From Vicinamibacteria bacterium (GTDB lineage Bacteria > Acidobacteriota > Vicinamibacteria > Marinacidobacterales > DATDRI01), in NCBI GenBank assembly GCA_035291825.1, contig DATDRI010000188.1, positions 1-37,266 on the forward strand: DNA of 37,266 bases, in the 5' to 3' direction. A program made the translations under genes and the position numbers. The notes beneath the pieces are model-generated. The model was not told the origin of the DNA and did no database searches. It worked only from the letters and a program-made list of their open reading frames with translations. Shown piece by piece: positions 17,578 to 25,578 of the stretch; within the stretch, counting starts at the first letter, position 1, and the number at the start of each line of letters is the position of its first letter.

Positions 17578-18549
17578 TCAGACCTCTGCCGGAATGCTGC
17601 GCGGAAGACATTCCAAGAGCTTTCGCCACGCCTCTTTCTCTCGAGCCGGATCCACCAAGGGGGTCAGGCGCCGACAGGCGCCCGCAATCTGAGCATAGAA
17701 CGCATGGTCCGATTCGGCCCTTTCTAGGAGCGCTGCCAAGCCCGGGGCGTCTGCCACCCTAAAGAGTCCCGGGTAGTCTTCACCGAGAATACCGGTGTTC
17801 CCCGGGATACGACTGGCGAGCACGGGAACGGAGGCGGCGAGAGCCTCCGATACGGCGTTGGCGCCTCCCTCCATGGTGGAAGAGATGACGAGAAGATGGC
17901 TCTCCGAGAGAAGCCGAAGCGAGGCGCTGCGGGTGAGTCGTTCCAGCCAGAGATAACGAGAGTTCACTCGCGCTTCCGCGCGTGCCTGGTCGGCGGCGTC
18001 TTCGCTCAGCGCGCTGCCAGCGTGTGCGACCCGAATGCGCGAAGTCGAGGGCAGCAACCGCGCGGCGCGGGCCGGGAGGAGTGGATCCTTCACTTCCCTA
18101 AGGTGCGCGAGAACGCATACTTGAAAAGCGTCCTGCCGCTTGCCTCGAGCTCCCCGCGGCGCCCGAGCGGATTGGTAAATGACCGTGGTTTTTTCGCGCA
18201 GGGGTGGGGAGAGCTCGTCCAATGCCCTGGGTTGAAGAACCACCAGACGGGTGGCGAGCTCGAGGGACCTTCGCGCCGCGGCGGAGCTTGTGATGTCGCG
18301 GTAGAGATCGGTGCCAGCCAGTCCCACGACCAACGGTCGGGTGGGGCTCAGTTCGCGGAAACGGACGATGGAGTCCGCGCTGCGGCCGGCGTGAAGAGCG
18401 ATGAGCAGGTCATGGGAGCCCGGTTGGTAGGTCGTCTCGATGTCGACGCGATGACCGAGCTCGGTGAGAATTCCGGCCCAGCGGCGAGCGGTAACGGCGT
18501 TGCCCAGCACGGCGTCGGGCGGAACGGGTGTTACCAGCGCAATGTGCAT
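17578..18549 (-). CDS. senB: GT-B glycosyltransferase resembling the SenB selenosugar synthase family (TIGR04348-like)
   Basis: MHIALVTPVPPDAVLGNAVTARRWAGILTELGH, ALHAGRSADSI, LAGTDLYRDI and EGGANAVSEA (E-x7-E). It sits 9 nt downstream of the EgtB/SenA-like gene, with an AGGAAGG SD motif in the gap. The glycosyltransferase call is firm. The SenB assignment rests on remembered family features plus the adjacency. Confidence 0.6.
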   Translation of the reverse strand: MHIALVTPVPPDAVLGNAVTARRWAGILTELGHRVDIETTYQPGSHDLLIALHAGRSADSIVRFRELSPTRPLVVGLAGTDLYRDITSSAAARRSLELATRLVVLQPRALDELSPPLREKTTVIYQSARAPRGARGKRQDAFQVCVLAHLREVKDPLLPARAARLLPSTSRIRVAHAGSALSEDAADQARAEARVNSRYLWLERLTRSASLRLLSESHLLVISSTMEGGANAVSEALAASVPVLASRIPGNTGILGEDYPGLFRVADAPGLAALLERAESDHAFYAQIAGACRRLTPLVDPAREKEAWRKLLECLPRSIPAEV

Positions 18550-18558
18550 CCCTTCCTG

Positions 18559-19878
18559 TCAAAGCGCACAGGTGCGAAAACCGGCGAAGACATCCCGCCG
18601 GTGTGGTTGGTAAAAGTTTCTCCAAGTATTCCTGATGAGAAGTGAGCGGGTCGTCCAACAACCCCCGCGGAGAACTTTGTGGTCCCCGAACCAGGGTTGG
18701 GAATATTCTTCATAAGGGTCGGGGACGAATCCTGGATAAGGTGTGAAATCCGAGCTCGTCCATTCCCAGACGTTTCCCATCATCTGCCGGCAACCGAACG
18801 CACTGTCACCGGCCGGGAGAGCATCCACCGAGACGGGACCCCGGGCTCGCCAATCCAGATTCGCTCGCTTCAAAGAAGGAGGCTCGTCGCCCCAGGGGAA
18901 ACGCCGCTTGCGGTCAGCCAGCCTGGTGGCGTCGGGAGTAGGCTCCGCGGATGCGGCAATCTCCCATTCGGTCTCGGTCGGCAGCCGGCGACCGGCCCAA
19001 CGGCAAAAGGTTTCCGCCTCGTACCAGTTGACATGAGTCACCGGCAGTCGTCCCTCCAGGGGAACCCATTCGTCAAAGTGTCGTCGTTGCCAGCCGCCTC
19101 CAATATCCCGTTTCCAATACGCCGGATGGTGAGCTCCCATCCGAGATCGCCAGATCCATCCTTGTTCGGTCCAAAGCTCTTGGCGCTGATATCCCTCATC
19201 TTCGACGAACAGGGCGAACTCTTCATGGGTAACTGGGGTCCGGGCGATGGAGAACGGTCGAGCCTCGACGCCGTGTGCCCACTTCTCGTTGTCGAATACG
19301 AAAGGGAGATCTCGCGTTGCCCCCAATTGAAATTTGCCTCCGGGGATTCTCGCATCGCCGCCGGCCCGTTCGGTGCCGCGTGCGCCGTGGTCTGATGGTG
19401 CCAAATCGCCAAGAGGTGCCATGGGATAACCATGAGTCTGTCGGGTGTAAGTCAGCGCTTCGCTATGCATGTACTCATGAAAGAGTGCCAGCAGGACAAA
19501 GTAGGTGCCCTGGGGGCCGGGCTCGCGCTCATCGAGGGTCGCCGTGACGCGATCGAGCACGCGCTCGAGGTAGTCGAAGGTGGCTCTACTGTTGGGAAGG
19601 GGCAAGTCCCAGCGCGCGTCGTGATCCACTTTGGCGGAGTCGTACAGGGCGTCGCCCCTGTCCAGGGAAGGGGGCATCTTGCGCCAGTGCCGCAAGACCC
19701 ATCTTTCCTGAAACCACGCCACGTGCCCCACTTCCCATAGAGGTGGATTGACGATGGCAAGACGGGGGCCCAGTAACTGCTCTTCGCTGAGGTCGGAGAC
19801 GAGATCGAACGTCCGCGAGCGAGCCTCGCAGAGGAGGGGGATAAGCCCGGAGGCAGGCAAAGGAGCCGCCGTTGTCAT
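18559..19878 (-). CDS. senA: EgtB/SenA-family sulfoxide/selenoxide synthase (DinB-like N-domain + FGE-sulfatase-like C-domain)
   Basis: WEVGHVAWFQERW and HEYMH (HxxxH iron ligands) in the N-domain. GNVWEWTSSDF, RGGCW and GFRTC in the C-domain. The family call is firm. SenA versus EgtB cannot be decided without a phylogeny. Confidence 0.65.
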   Translation of the reverse strand: MTTAAPLPASGLIPLLCEARSRTFDLVSDLSEEQLLGPRLAIVNPPLWEVGHVAWFQERWVLRHWRKMPPSLDRGDALYDSAKVDHDARWDLPLPNSRATFDYLERVLDRVTATLDEREPGPQGTYFVLLALFHEYMHSEALTYTRQTHGYPMAPLGDLAPSDHGARGTERAGGDARIPGGKFQLGATRDLPFVFDNEKWAHGVEARPFSIARTPVTHEEFALFVEDEGYQRQELWTEQGWIWRSRMGAHHPAYWKRDIGGGWQRRHFDEWVPLEGRLPVTHVNWYEAETFCRWAGRRLPTETEWEIAASAEPTPDATRLADRKRRFPWGDEPPSLKRANLDWRARGPVSVDALPAGDSAFGCRQMMGNVWEWTSSDFTPYPGFVPDPYEEYSQPWFGDHKVLRGGCWTTRSLLIRNTWRNFYQPHRRDVFAGFRTCAL

Positions 19879-19882
19879 CGGG

Positions 19883-21946
19883 TCAGTTGCGCGCGGAGTC
19901 GTCCCTCCGCACCCATTGGTCCAGCCACCCCAAGACGGTCTCGTGCCATTGAATGGAGTTGGCGGGTCTCAGCACCCAGTGGTTCTCGTCGGGGAAGTAG
20001 AGGAGCTTGCTCGGAATGCCGAGCCTCTGCAGGGCGGTGAAGGTTGCGATTCCCTGGGTGTCCACCACTCGAAAGTCCCGCCCGCCATGGATCACCAGCA
20101 TGGGGGTCCGCCAGTTCTCAACGAAGTCGACCGGGTTGTGAATCCCATAGCCCTCCGGGTTCTGCCAGGGCGTTCCTTGGTGTTCCCATTCCGGAAACCA
20201 GAGCTCCTCGGTGGCGAAGTAGGCCGCCCGTACGTCCAGGTTTCCGTCGTGACTGACCAAGCACCGGAATCGATTCGGCCATTTGCCGGCGATCCAATTG
20301 ATCATGTAGCCCCCGTAGGAAGCGCCCAGGGCGGCCACCCGCTCACCGTCCATCCAGGGATAACGCGGGAGTGCGGCGTCCAACCCTTTCACCAGATCCA
20401 TGAGCGGTTTTCCTCCCCAGTCGCCGCGTATCGAGTCGGTGAACGACTGGCCATAACCGACCGAGCCGTGGAAGTCGACCATCACCGCCGCGTAGCCGCG
20501 ACCGGCATAGGCCTGGGGATTCCAGCGGTAGTGGAAGTTGTTGCCGAACGATCCCTGCGGACCCCCATGGATCAGGAAGGCGACCGGGTACTTCTGGCTG
20601 GGATCGAAATCAGCCGGCTTGACCACATAGGCGTAGACGGTTTCGTCGTTCCAGCCCTTGAAGGTGAACTGTTCGGGCTCTCCCATGCGCGCCGCCGCAA
20701 CTTTGTCGGCGTTGACGCGCGTGACGGGGGAGACATCCGCGCCGCCCACGCCGATCGAGTAGAGCTCCAGCGGCGAACGGAAATGCTCCAGCCCGAACAC
20801 CATGCGATCCCCCGCCGCCACCGGAGAGCGAACCGTGCCTTGTTCGACCGGCGTGCGCACCGCGCCACTCACCACGTCGATGGCGAAGAGAGAGTCCTGG
20901 CCCAGGTTGGGGGCCGTCGCGTACAGAGTCCCGCCGTCTGCGGACCAGGTGAGCGAGTGAGGGGAGCGATCCCAGTCGTCGGTCAGAACGCGCGGCTCGC
21001 CGTCCGGCCAGGATCGGAGAACGATGCGGAAACGATCCGATTCGTAGCCGGCCCTGGACATGGCCAGGTAGGCGAGCGTTTTCCCGTCCGGCGAGAAGAC
21101 CGGAAGGGTGTCCCAGGCGGGATTCGACTCGGTCAGAGAACGAGGGGGCGAAGAACCGTCTGCGGCCACGACATAGAGATCGAAGTCGGTCGACCAAGCC
21201 TCCTGGCGGCCGGCGTCACGAGCCGTGAACACCAGGGAGCGGCTATCGGGCGTAAAGGTGATCTCTTCCGCGCCGCCGAAGGGTTTTGACGGGGTATCGG
21301 CATCCATCTTGGGTGTCGTGTCCTTGGGCTCCCCACCTCCGGATGGCATCACGAAGAGATGCGAACGGCGGCCGTCTTCCCAGGTGTCCCAGTGCCGGAT
21401 GAAGAGGCGGTCGTAGGTGCGGCCGCTGGCCTTACTCTTCTCACGTTGGGCCAGGCGCTCGGTGGTGCAGGACAGGTCAGCGCAGTCCGGGAAGACCAAA
21501 AGCGTGAAGGCCAGCCGCTCGCCGTCCGGGGAGACCACCAGGTTGGCAAGGTCGAGCGGCAGTTTCGTCGTCTGCTGCGCCTCCCCGCCGCTGATTCGAA
21601 TGCGCCACACTTGCGAAGAACCAGAGCGAGTGGAGAGAAACCAGAGACTCTCTCCGTCGGGTGCCCATCGCGGGTTGGAGTCATTGGCGGGATGAGCGGT
21701 CAGTCGTTTCAGGTCTCGTCCATCGATACCCACCAGCCAGAGATCGGTTCGGGCGGTGTTGGCTTCCAGGTCGGTGGTACTCAGGACAAACGCGACGGTC
21801 TTTCCGTCCGGAGAAACTCGGGGATCGGAGATGCGATCCATCGCCAGCATGTCGTGAACAGAGAACGGATGGGTCTGCGCCAGGGTGTCTCGAGCCGGGA
21901 CCAGAAGGAATACAAGAAGAAGCGGGCCGAAAACCGAACGACGCAT
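19883..21946 (-). CDS. Secreted S9 family serine peptidase (beta-propeller + prolyl oligopeptidase-type catalytic domain)
   Basis: Signal peptide MRRSVFGPLLLVFLLVPARDTLAQ, propeller repeats (SPDGKTVAF, APDGESLWF, SPDGERLAF, SPDGKTLAY), GASYGGYM (Ser), HGGRDFRV (Asp) and ENHW (His). ATG 21946 is preferred over TTG 21961. Confidence 0.9.
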   Translation of the reverse strand: MRRSVFGPLLLVFLLVPARDTLAQTHPFSVHDMLAMDRISDPRVSPDGKTVAFVLSTTDLEANTARTDLWLVGIDGRDLKRLTAHPANDSNPRWAPDGESLWFLSTRSGSSQVWRIRISGGEAQQTTKLPLDLANLVVSPDGERLAFTLLVFPDCADLSCTTERLAQREKSKASGRTYDRLFIRHWDTWEDGRRSHLFVMPSGGGEPKDTTPKMDADTPSKPFGGAEEITFTPDSRSLVFTARDAGRQEAWSTDFDLYVVAADGSSPPRSLTESNPAWDTLPVFSPDGKTLAYLAMSRAGYESDRFRIVLRSWPDGEPRVLTDDWDRSPHSLTWSADGGTLYATAPNLGQDSLFAIDVVSGAVRTPVEQGTVRSPVAAGDRMVFGLEHFRSPLELYSIGVGGADVSPVTRVNADKVAAARMGEPEQFTFKGWNDETVYAYVVKPADFDPSQKYPVAFLIHGGPQGSFGNNFHYRWNPQAYAGRGYAAVMVDFHGSVGYGQSFTDSIRGDWGGKPLMDLVKGLDAALPRYPWMDGERVAALGASYGGYMINWIAGKWPNRFRCLVSHDGNLDVRAAYFATEELWFPEWEHQGTPWQNPEGYGIHNPVDFVENWRTPMLVIHGGRDFRVVDTQGIATFTALQRLGIPSKLLYFPDENHWVLRPANSIQWHETVLGWLDQWVRRDDSARN

Positions 21947-21999
21947 GCGTGCCTCCCTCAAAAGACGACCTGGACCTGGCTGCCATCTTCTCTTCGGTG

Positions 22000-22029
22000 A
22001 TTATTGCTCTAGAATTCATTCCGATCCAA
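22000..22029 (-). promoter_or_regulatory. Candidate promoter for the peptidase-senA-senB unit: TTGGAT, 18 nt, AATAAT on the minus strand
   Basis: It sits in an AT-rich island of the 216-bp gap. The forward strand reads attatt at 22000-22005 and atccaa at 22024-22029. It is about 55 nt upstream of ATG 21946. Confidence 0.25.
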
Positions 22030-22162
22030 ATCGGGAACGTCGCCCGTGCCGCGGCGGTTGGGATGTCCCAGGTGCTGGGCGTACCGTCCTGACCGAGAGT
22101 AGCCTGACCGAGAAGCGCCAGAGGCAGTGCGGCCGTCCCCGAGGCGACGGAGCCAGCCACCA

Positions 22163-23071
22163 TCAGTACTTCCAGACGAGGTGAAAGAGCATTCCCTGCA
22201 AGCGGCGCTGGGCGGGTCCACCGAGGATCCAACGGATCACGATGCTGAAGAGAAGGTACGACTTCAGCAGCCGGACCCTTGCCCGACCATAGTGCTTGGA
22301 ATAGAAGTAGAGCTGGCTGCGGCGGTACTCGAAAGCGGCCTTTTCGGGGTTGGCCTCGGTCGACTTGCCCCCCAGGTGAATGACCTCGGCTCTCGGCGTA
22401 TAGAGGATGCGATGGCCGCCCCGTCGCACTCTCTCGCAGAAATCGACTTCTTCGCTGTACATGAAGAAACGGTCGTCGAACATTCCCACCTTGTCCAGGA
22501 TCTCCGCCCGTATCATCAGGCAGGCTCCGCTCACCCAATCGGGGTAGGCTTCTTTCTTGCTGCGCGTTTCCACGTAGCGGCGAAGGAAAGCGTTGCCTCG
22601 CGCGTAGCCTTTGGAGAGAAACTTCTGTACCGCCTCGGCGTGGAAACTGAGCATTCTGCCGTAGGAGATTTGCACCGAGCCGTCCTCGTTTCTCAACAAA
22701 GGGCCCAGTACGGCCACCTCGGGTCTCTCCTGAATGATGCGAAGCATGGTATCCACCGCGCCGGGGGTAACCATGGCATCGTTGTTGAGCAACAAAAGGA
22801 ATCGCCCCTTGGCTTCTCGCATGGCCAGATTGTTGGCGCCCGAAAAGCCGATATTGTCGGGTGACCCGATCGCTCTCACCTCCGGAAAGTCACGGGCCAG
22901 CATGGCCAGGCTTCCGTCGGTGGAAGCGTTGTCCACCACCATGACTTCCAGCGGGCGAAGAGAGGTGTGCTGGTAAAGAGAACGAAGACAATTAGTGAGA
23001 TGAGCCTTGGCATTATAGCTGACGATGACGACGGACAGCTCCATCGGATTACTTTGGTCCGAGCCGCTCAT
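22163..23071 (-). CDS. Glycosyltransferase family 2
   Basis: LSVVIVSYNAKAHLTNCLRSL, VVDNASTDGS and LLLNNDAMV. The start is ATG 23071, or ATG 23044 (MELSVVIV), which lies 4 nt after the upstream GT4 stop. Confidence 0.85.
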   Translation of the reverse strand: MSGSDQSNPMELSVVIVSYNAKAHLTNCLRSLYQHTSLRPLEVMVVDNASTDGSLAMLARDFPEVRAIGSPDNIGFSGANNLAMREAKGRFLLLLNNDAMVTPGAVDTMLRIIQERPEVAVLGPLLRNEDGSVQISYGRMLSFHAEAVQKFLSKGYARGNAFLRRYVETRSKKEAYPDWVSGACLMIRAEILDKVGMFDDRFFMYSEEVDFCERVRRGGHRILYTPRAEVIHLGGKSTEANPEKAAFEYRRSQLYFYSKHYGRARVRLLKSYLLFSIVIRWILGGPAQRRLQGMLFHLVWKY

Positions 23072-24182
23072 AGATCGCCAGAGTCTTGCGAGCCGTCTTG
23101 TCCCAGGTGAAGAGCTGTGCTCTCTTCGAGCCTCGCTCGATCAAACGGGTCCTCCATTCTTCGTCCTCCCAAGCGCGCTCGATGCCGGAGGCGATCGACT
23201 CCGGCTGGGCCGGATCGACGTACAAGGCGCAATCGGCGGCCACCTCATGATGGCTGGGGATGTCGGAGGCGACCACCGGCACCCGGCAGGCCATAGCTTC
23301 CAGGACCGGAAGCCCGAAGCCTTCCCAGAGCGAAACGCTGGCCAGGACGCGAGCCCGTCGGTAGATGGTGGGCAGATGATGAGAAGGGACATAGCCGAGT
23401 TTCCTGACCCGTGCCCCCAGTTGCTGGCGGTCGATGACCCGGTCGACCTCCGGCTCGTCCGCGTCCGGCCCGCCGGCCAGCAGAAGCATGCCGTCCCAGC
23501 CCCGTCGGGCCAATTGGCCTACCGCCTCGATCAAACGGGGCAGGTTCTTGCGCCGCTCGAGTGTGCCCACCGCCAGCAAGTAACGCGGCGGCAGATCGTA
23601 CTTTCTCACCAACGTTTCTTCCTCGTCGGGTCGGGTTTGGAAGCTCTCCAGGTCGATGCCCAGGGGAGTCGGTTCGACCTTGCTCTGGTCGACTCCCAGA
23701 ACCCGTACCACCTCGTCCTTGGTTGCCTGAGATGGCGTGACCACTGCGTCGGCACGAAAGGCGTGAGCCTTCACCAGCGGTGCGTAATCGCGCTGGATCT
23801 CGCCGGTGGTCGCTTCCGGATGCCGGTAGAAGAAGAGATCGTGGATGGTCACCACCGTCCGGCCTCGCGAGGGAAGGATCAAGGGGTGCGGCGAGTGGGA
23901 GACGTCGAATGCGCAACCGGCCAGAAAATCCAAAGAAGGGCGTTCCAGGCGATGCCAAAGGGCGTTCAACAAGGAGACCGGAATGCGTCGGTCGACGATC
24001 GCGAAGTTGGAAGGCAATGCCTTGCATTTGGCCCGTTCCCGCAAAGAGCTCGAAAAAATGACGTAGTGATTTTCCGAATCGATACGGGCCAGGGCGCCGA
24101 TCAATCCCGAAACGTAACGACCCACTCCCGTGGATCGAGAAAGGGCAGGGCGATAGTCGATGCCTATGGTGAGGCTTGCCAT
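23049..24182 (-). CDS. Glycosyltransferase family 4 (GT-B)
   Basis: SLWEGFGLPVLEAMACRVPVVASDIPSHHEVAADCALYVDP. It is the first gene of the minus-strand arm of the cluster. Confidence 0.85.
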   Translation of the reverse strand: MASLTIGIDYRPALSRSTGVGRYVSGLIGALARIDSENHYVIFSSSLRERAKCKALPSNFAIVDRRIPVSLLNALWHRLERPSLDFLAGCAFDVSHSPHPLILPSRGRTVVTIHDLFFYRHPEATTGEIQRDYAPLVKAHAFRADAVVTPSQATKDEVVRVLGVDQSKVEPTPLGIDLESFQTRPDEEETLVRKYDLPPRYLLAVGTLERRKNLPRLIEAVGQLARRGWDGMLLLAGGPDADEPEVDRVIDRQQLGARVRKLGYVPSHHLPTIYRRARVLASVSLWEGFGLPVLEAMACRVPVVASDIPSHHEVAADCALYVDPAQPESIASGIERAWEDEEWRTRLIERGSKRAQLFTWDKTARKTLAIYERLGPK

Positions 24183-24246
24183 GCTATCGCCGCGGATGAT
24201 AGCACGCTGGGCGCGGGGCGTGGTGTGCGCTCGGTGTGTTTGCCCT

Positions 24247-24252
24247 TATAAT
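24247..24252 (+). promoter_or_regulatory. Perfect TATAAT hexamer 6 nt upstream of the ugd ATG (possible leaderless transcript)
   Basis: Read directly. No purine-rich SD motif lies between it and ATG 24259. I found no good -35 and no TG extension. Confidence 0.3.
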
Positions 24253-24258
24253 CAGTTC

Positions 24259-25572
24259 ATGAGAATTTCGGTCGTGGGAACCGGCTACGTGGGGCTGGTG
24301 GTGTCGTCGTGCTTGGCGGAGAACGGCAACAACGTGGTGGGAGTCGACATCGACCAGGCCAAGATAAGGCGATTGTCGAACGGCGAAAGCCCGATCTACG
24401 AGCCGGGACTCGAGGAGCTTCTCAAGAGGAACCTGGAAGAGGAGAGACTCTCGTTCAGCACCGACCTGGTGGGAGCGGTCAAGGCCTCCGAGATCATCTT
24501 CGTGGCGGTGGGAACCCCTCCCGGATCGGACGGATCGGCGGACATGAGCTACGTTCTTTCGGTGGCGGAGTCGATTGGCCGGGCGATAGACGGTTACAAG
24601 GTCATCGTTCTCAAGAGCACGGTTCCGGTAGGAACGCATCAGAAGGTGCGCGACACCATCGCGGGTCTCACCTCGCATCCCTTTGGCGTCGCTTCCAATC
24701 CAGAGTTTCTCAAGGAAGGAGCGGCCATCGACGACTTCATGCGTCCCGATCGCGTGGTCATCGGCACCGACGATCCGCAGGTGGCCCAGCTGATGACCGA
24801 GCTCTACCGTCCCTTCGTGCGCACTGGCAATCCCATCTTAATCATGGATCCGGTGAGCGCGGAGATCGCGAAGTACGCCGCTAATGCCATGCTGGCGAGC
24901 CGCATCAGCTTCATGAACGAGATGGCGCGGTTGTGCGAGAACATCGGTGCCGACGTTTCGATGGTGCGGCAAGCAGTGGGCGCCGATAGCCGCATCGGGC
25001 ATGCCTTCCTTTTTCCGGGTGTCGGTTATGGCGGCTCCTGCTTCCCCAAGGACATTCGGGCCCTGCTCCACAAGGCGGAGGAGCTGGGTCTGGATCTGGC
25101 CATCGTCAAGGCAACCGAGCAGGTCAATAACGCGCAGAAGACCGTCTTGGTGCCCAAGATCCTCAGGTTCTTCGAGGGGAATCTCCATGGGTTGACTCTG
25201 GCGGTGTGGGGGCTGGCTTTCAAGCCGCGGACCGATGACATGCGCGACGCCCCCGCCATCTCGGTGATCGAGAAGCTGGTCGAGGAGGGAGCGCGCCTGC
25301 GAGTCTTCGATCCGGAAGCGATGGAGGAGGCGCGATCGGCTCTGGCGAAATGGGAGAAGAGCATCACCTTCTGCGGTAAGAGTTACCAGGCCTGTGAGGG
25401 CGCCGATGCGCTCATCCTCATCACCGAGTGGAACGAGTTTCGGGAGCCGGACTTCGAGCGCCTGCGCGGGCTGATGCGCCGCCCGGTGATATTCGACGGC
25501 CGCAACATCTACAACCCCGAGATGCTGCGGAACCTGGGCTTCTCCTACTTCGGTGTGGGTCGGCGAAACTAG
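24259..25572 (+). CDS. ugd: UDP-glucose 6-dehydrogenase
   Basis: MRISVVGTGYVGLVVSSCLAENG, GGSCFPKD and the AFKPRTDDMRDAP C-terminal domain. ATG 24259 is preferred over the ORF-track start at 24160, which would overlap the divergent GT4 gene. Confidence 0.95.
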   Translation: MRISVVGTGYVGLVVSSCLAENGNNVVGVDIDQAKIRRLSNGESPIYEPGLEELLKRNLEEERLSFSTDLVGAVKASEIIFVAVGTPPGSDGSADMSYVLSVAESIGRAIDGYKVIVLKSTVPVGTHQKVRDTIAGLTSHPFGVASNPEFLKEGAAIDDFMRPDRVVIGTDDPQVAQLMTELYRPFVRTGNPILIMDPVSAEIAKYAANAMLASRISFMNEMARLCENIGADVSMVRQAVGADSRIGHAFLFPGVGYGGSCFPKDIRALLHKAEELGLDLAIVKATEQVNNAQKTVLVPKILRFFEGNLHGLTLAVWGLAFKPRTDDMRDAPAISVIEKLVEEGARLRVFDPEAMEEARSALAKWEKSITFCGKSYQACEGADALILITEWNEFREPDFERLRGLMRRPVIFDGRNIYNPEMLRNLGFSYFGVGRRN

Positions 25573-25578
25573 CGGGCC

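Noticed and set aside
17578-21946. In-frame TGA (selenocysteine) codons or SECIS-like hairpins associated with the sen-like unit.
   Set aside because: All three ORFs are uninterrupted with ordinary stops, and I saw no conspicuous stem-loop immediately 3' of an in-frame TGA. Nothing supports recoding here.
22008-22017. Overlapping XbaI and EcoRI sites (TCTAGAATTC), which could hint at a cloning-vector junction or an engineered sequence.
   Set aside because: There is no flanking polylinker or vector-like sequence. It sits in a short AT-rich intergenic patch where such hexamers arise by chance.
21681-22163. A minus-strand ORF whose ATG (22163) overlaps the GT2 stop as TGATG. It begins with a signal-peptide-like MVAGSVASGTAALPLALLGQATLGQ... 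and has GC-rich third positions for about 45 codons.
   Set aside because: It has no stop until 21681. It would therefore run through the AT-rich promoter-like island and overlap the first 265 nt or so of the S9 peptidase gene out of frame. The LGQ..LGQ part is just the 15-nt tandem repeat. It is more likely non-coding, but a short coupled peptide cannot be excluded without Ribo-seq.
24160-24258. N-terminal extensions implied by the ORF-track starts (for example 24160 for ugd, 30614 for coaBC, 29991 for gmk, 26493 for GT2, 16443 for GT4, 6694 for the DUF349 gene and 6751 for the TPR gene).
   Set aside because: The extensions lie inside the preceding gene or in AT-richer intergenic DNA, have poor codon bias, and precede well-conserved family N-termini that begin at an internal ATG, GTG or TTG. 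The internal starts are used in the feature table.
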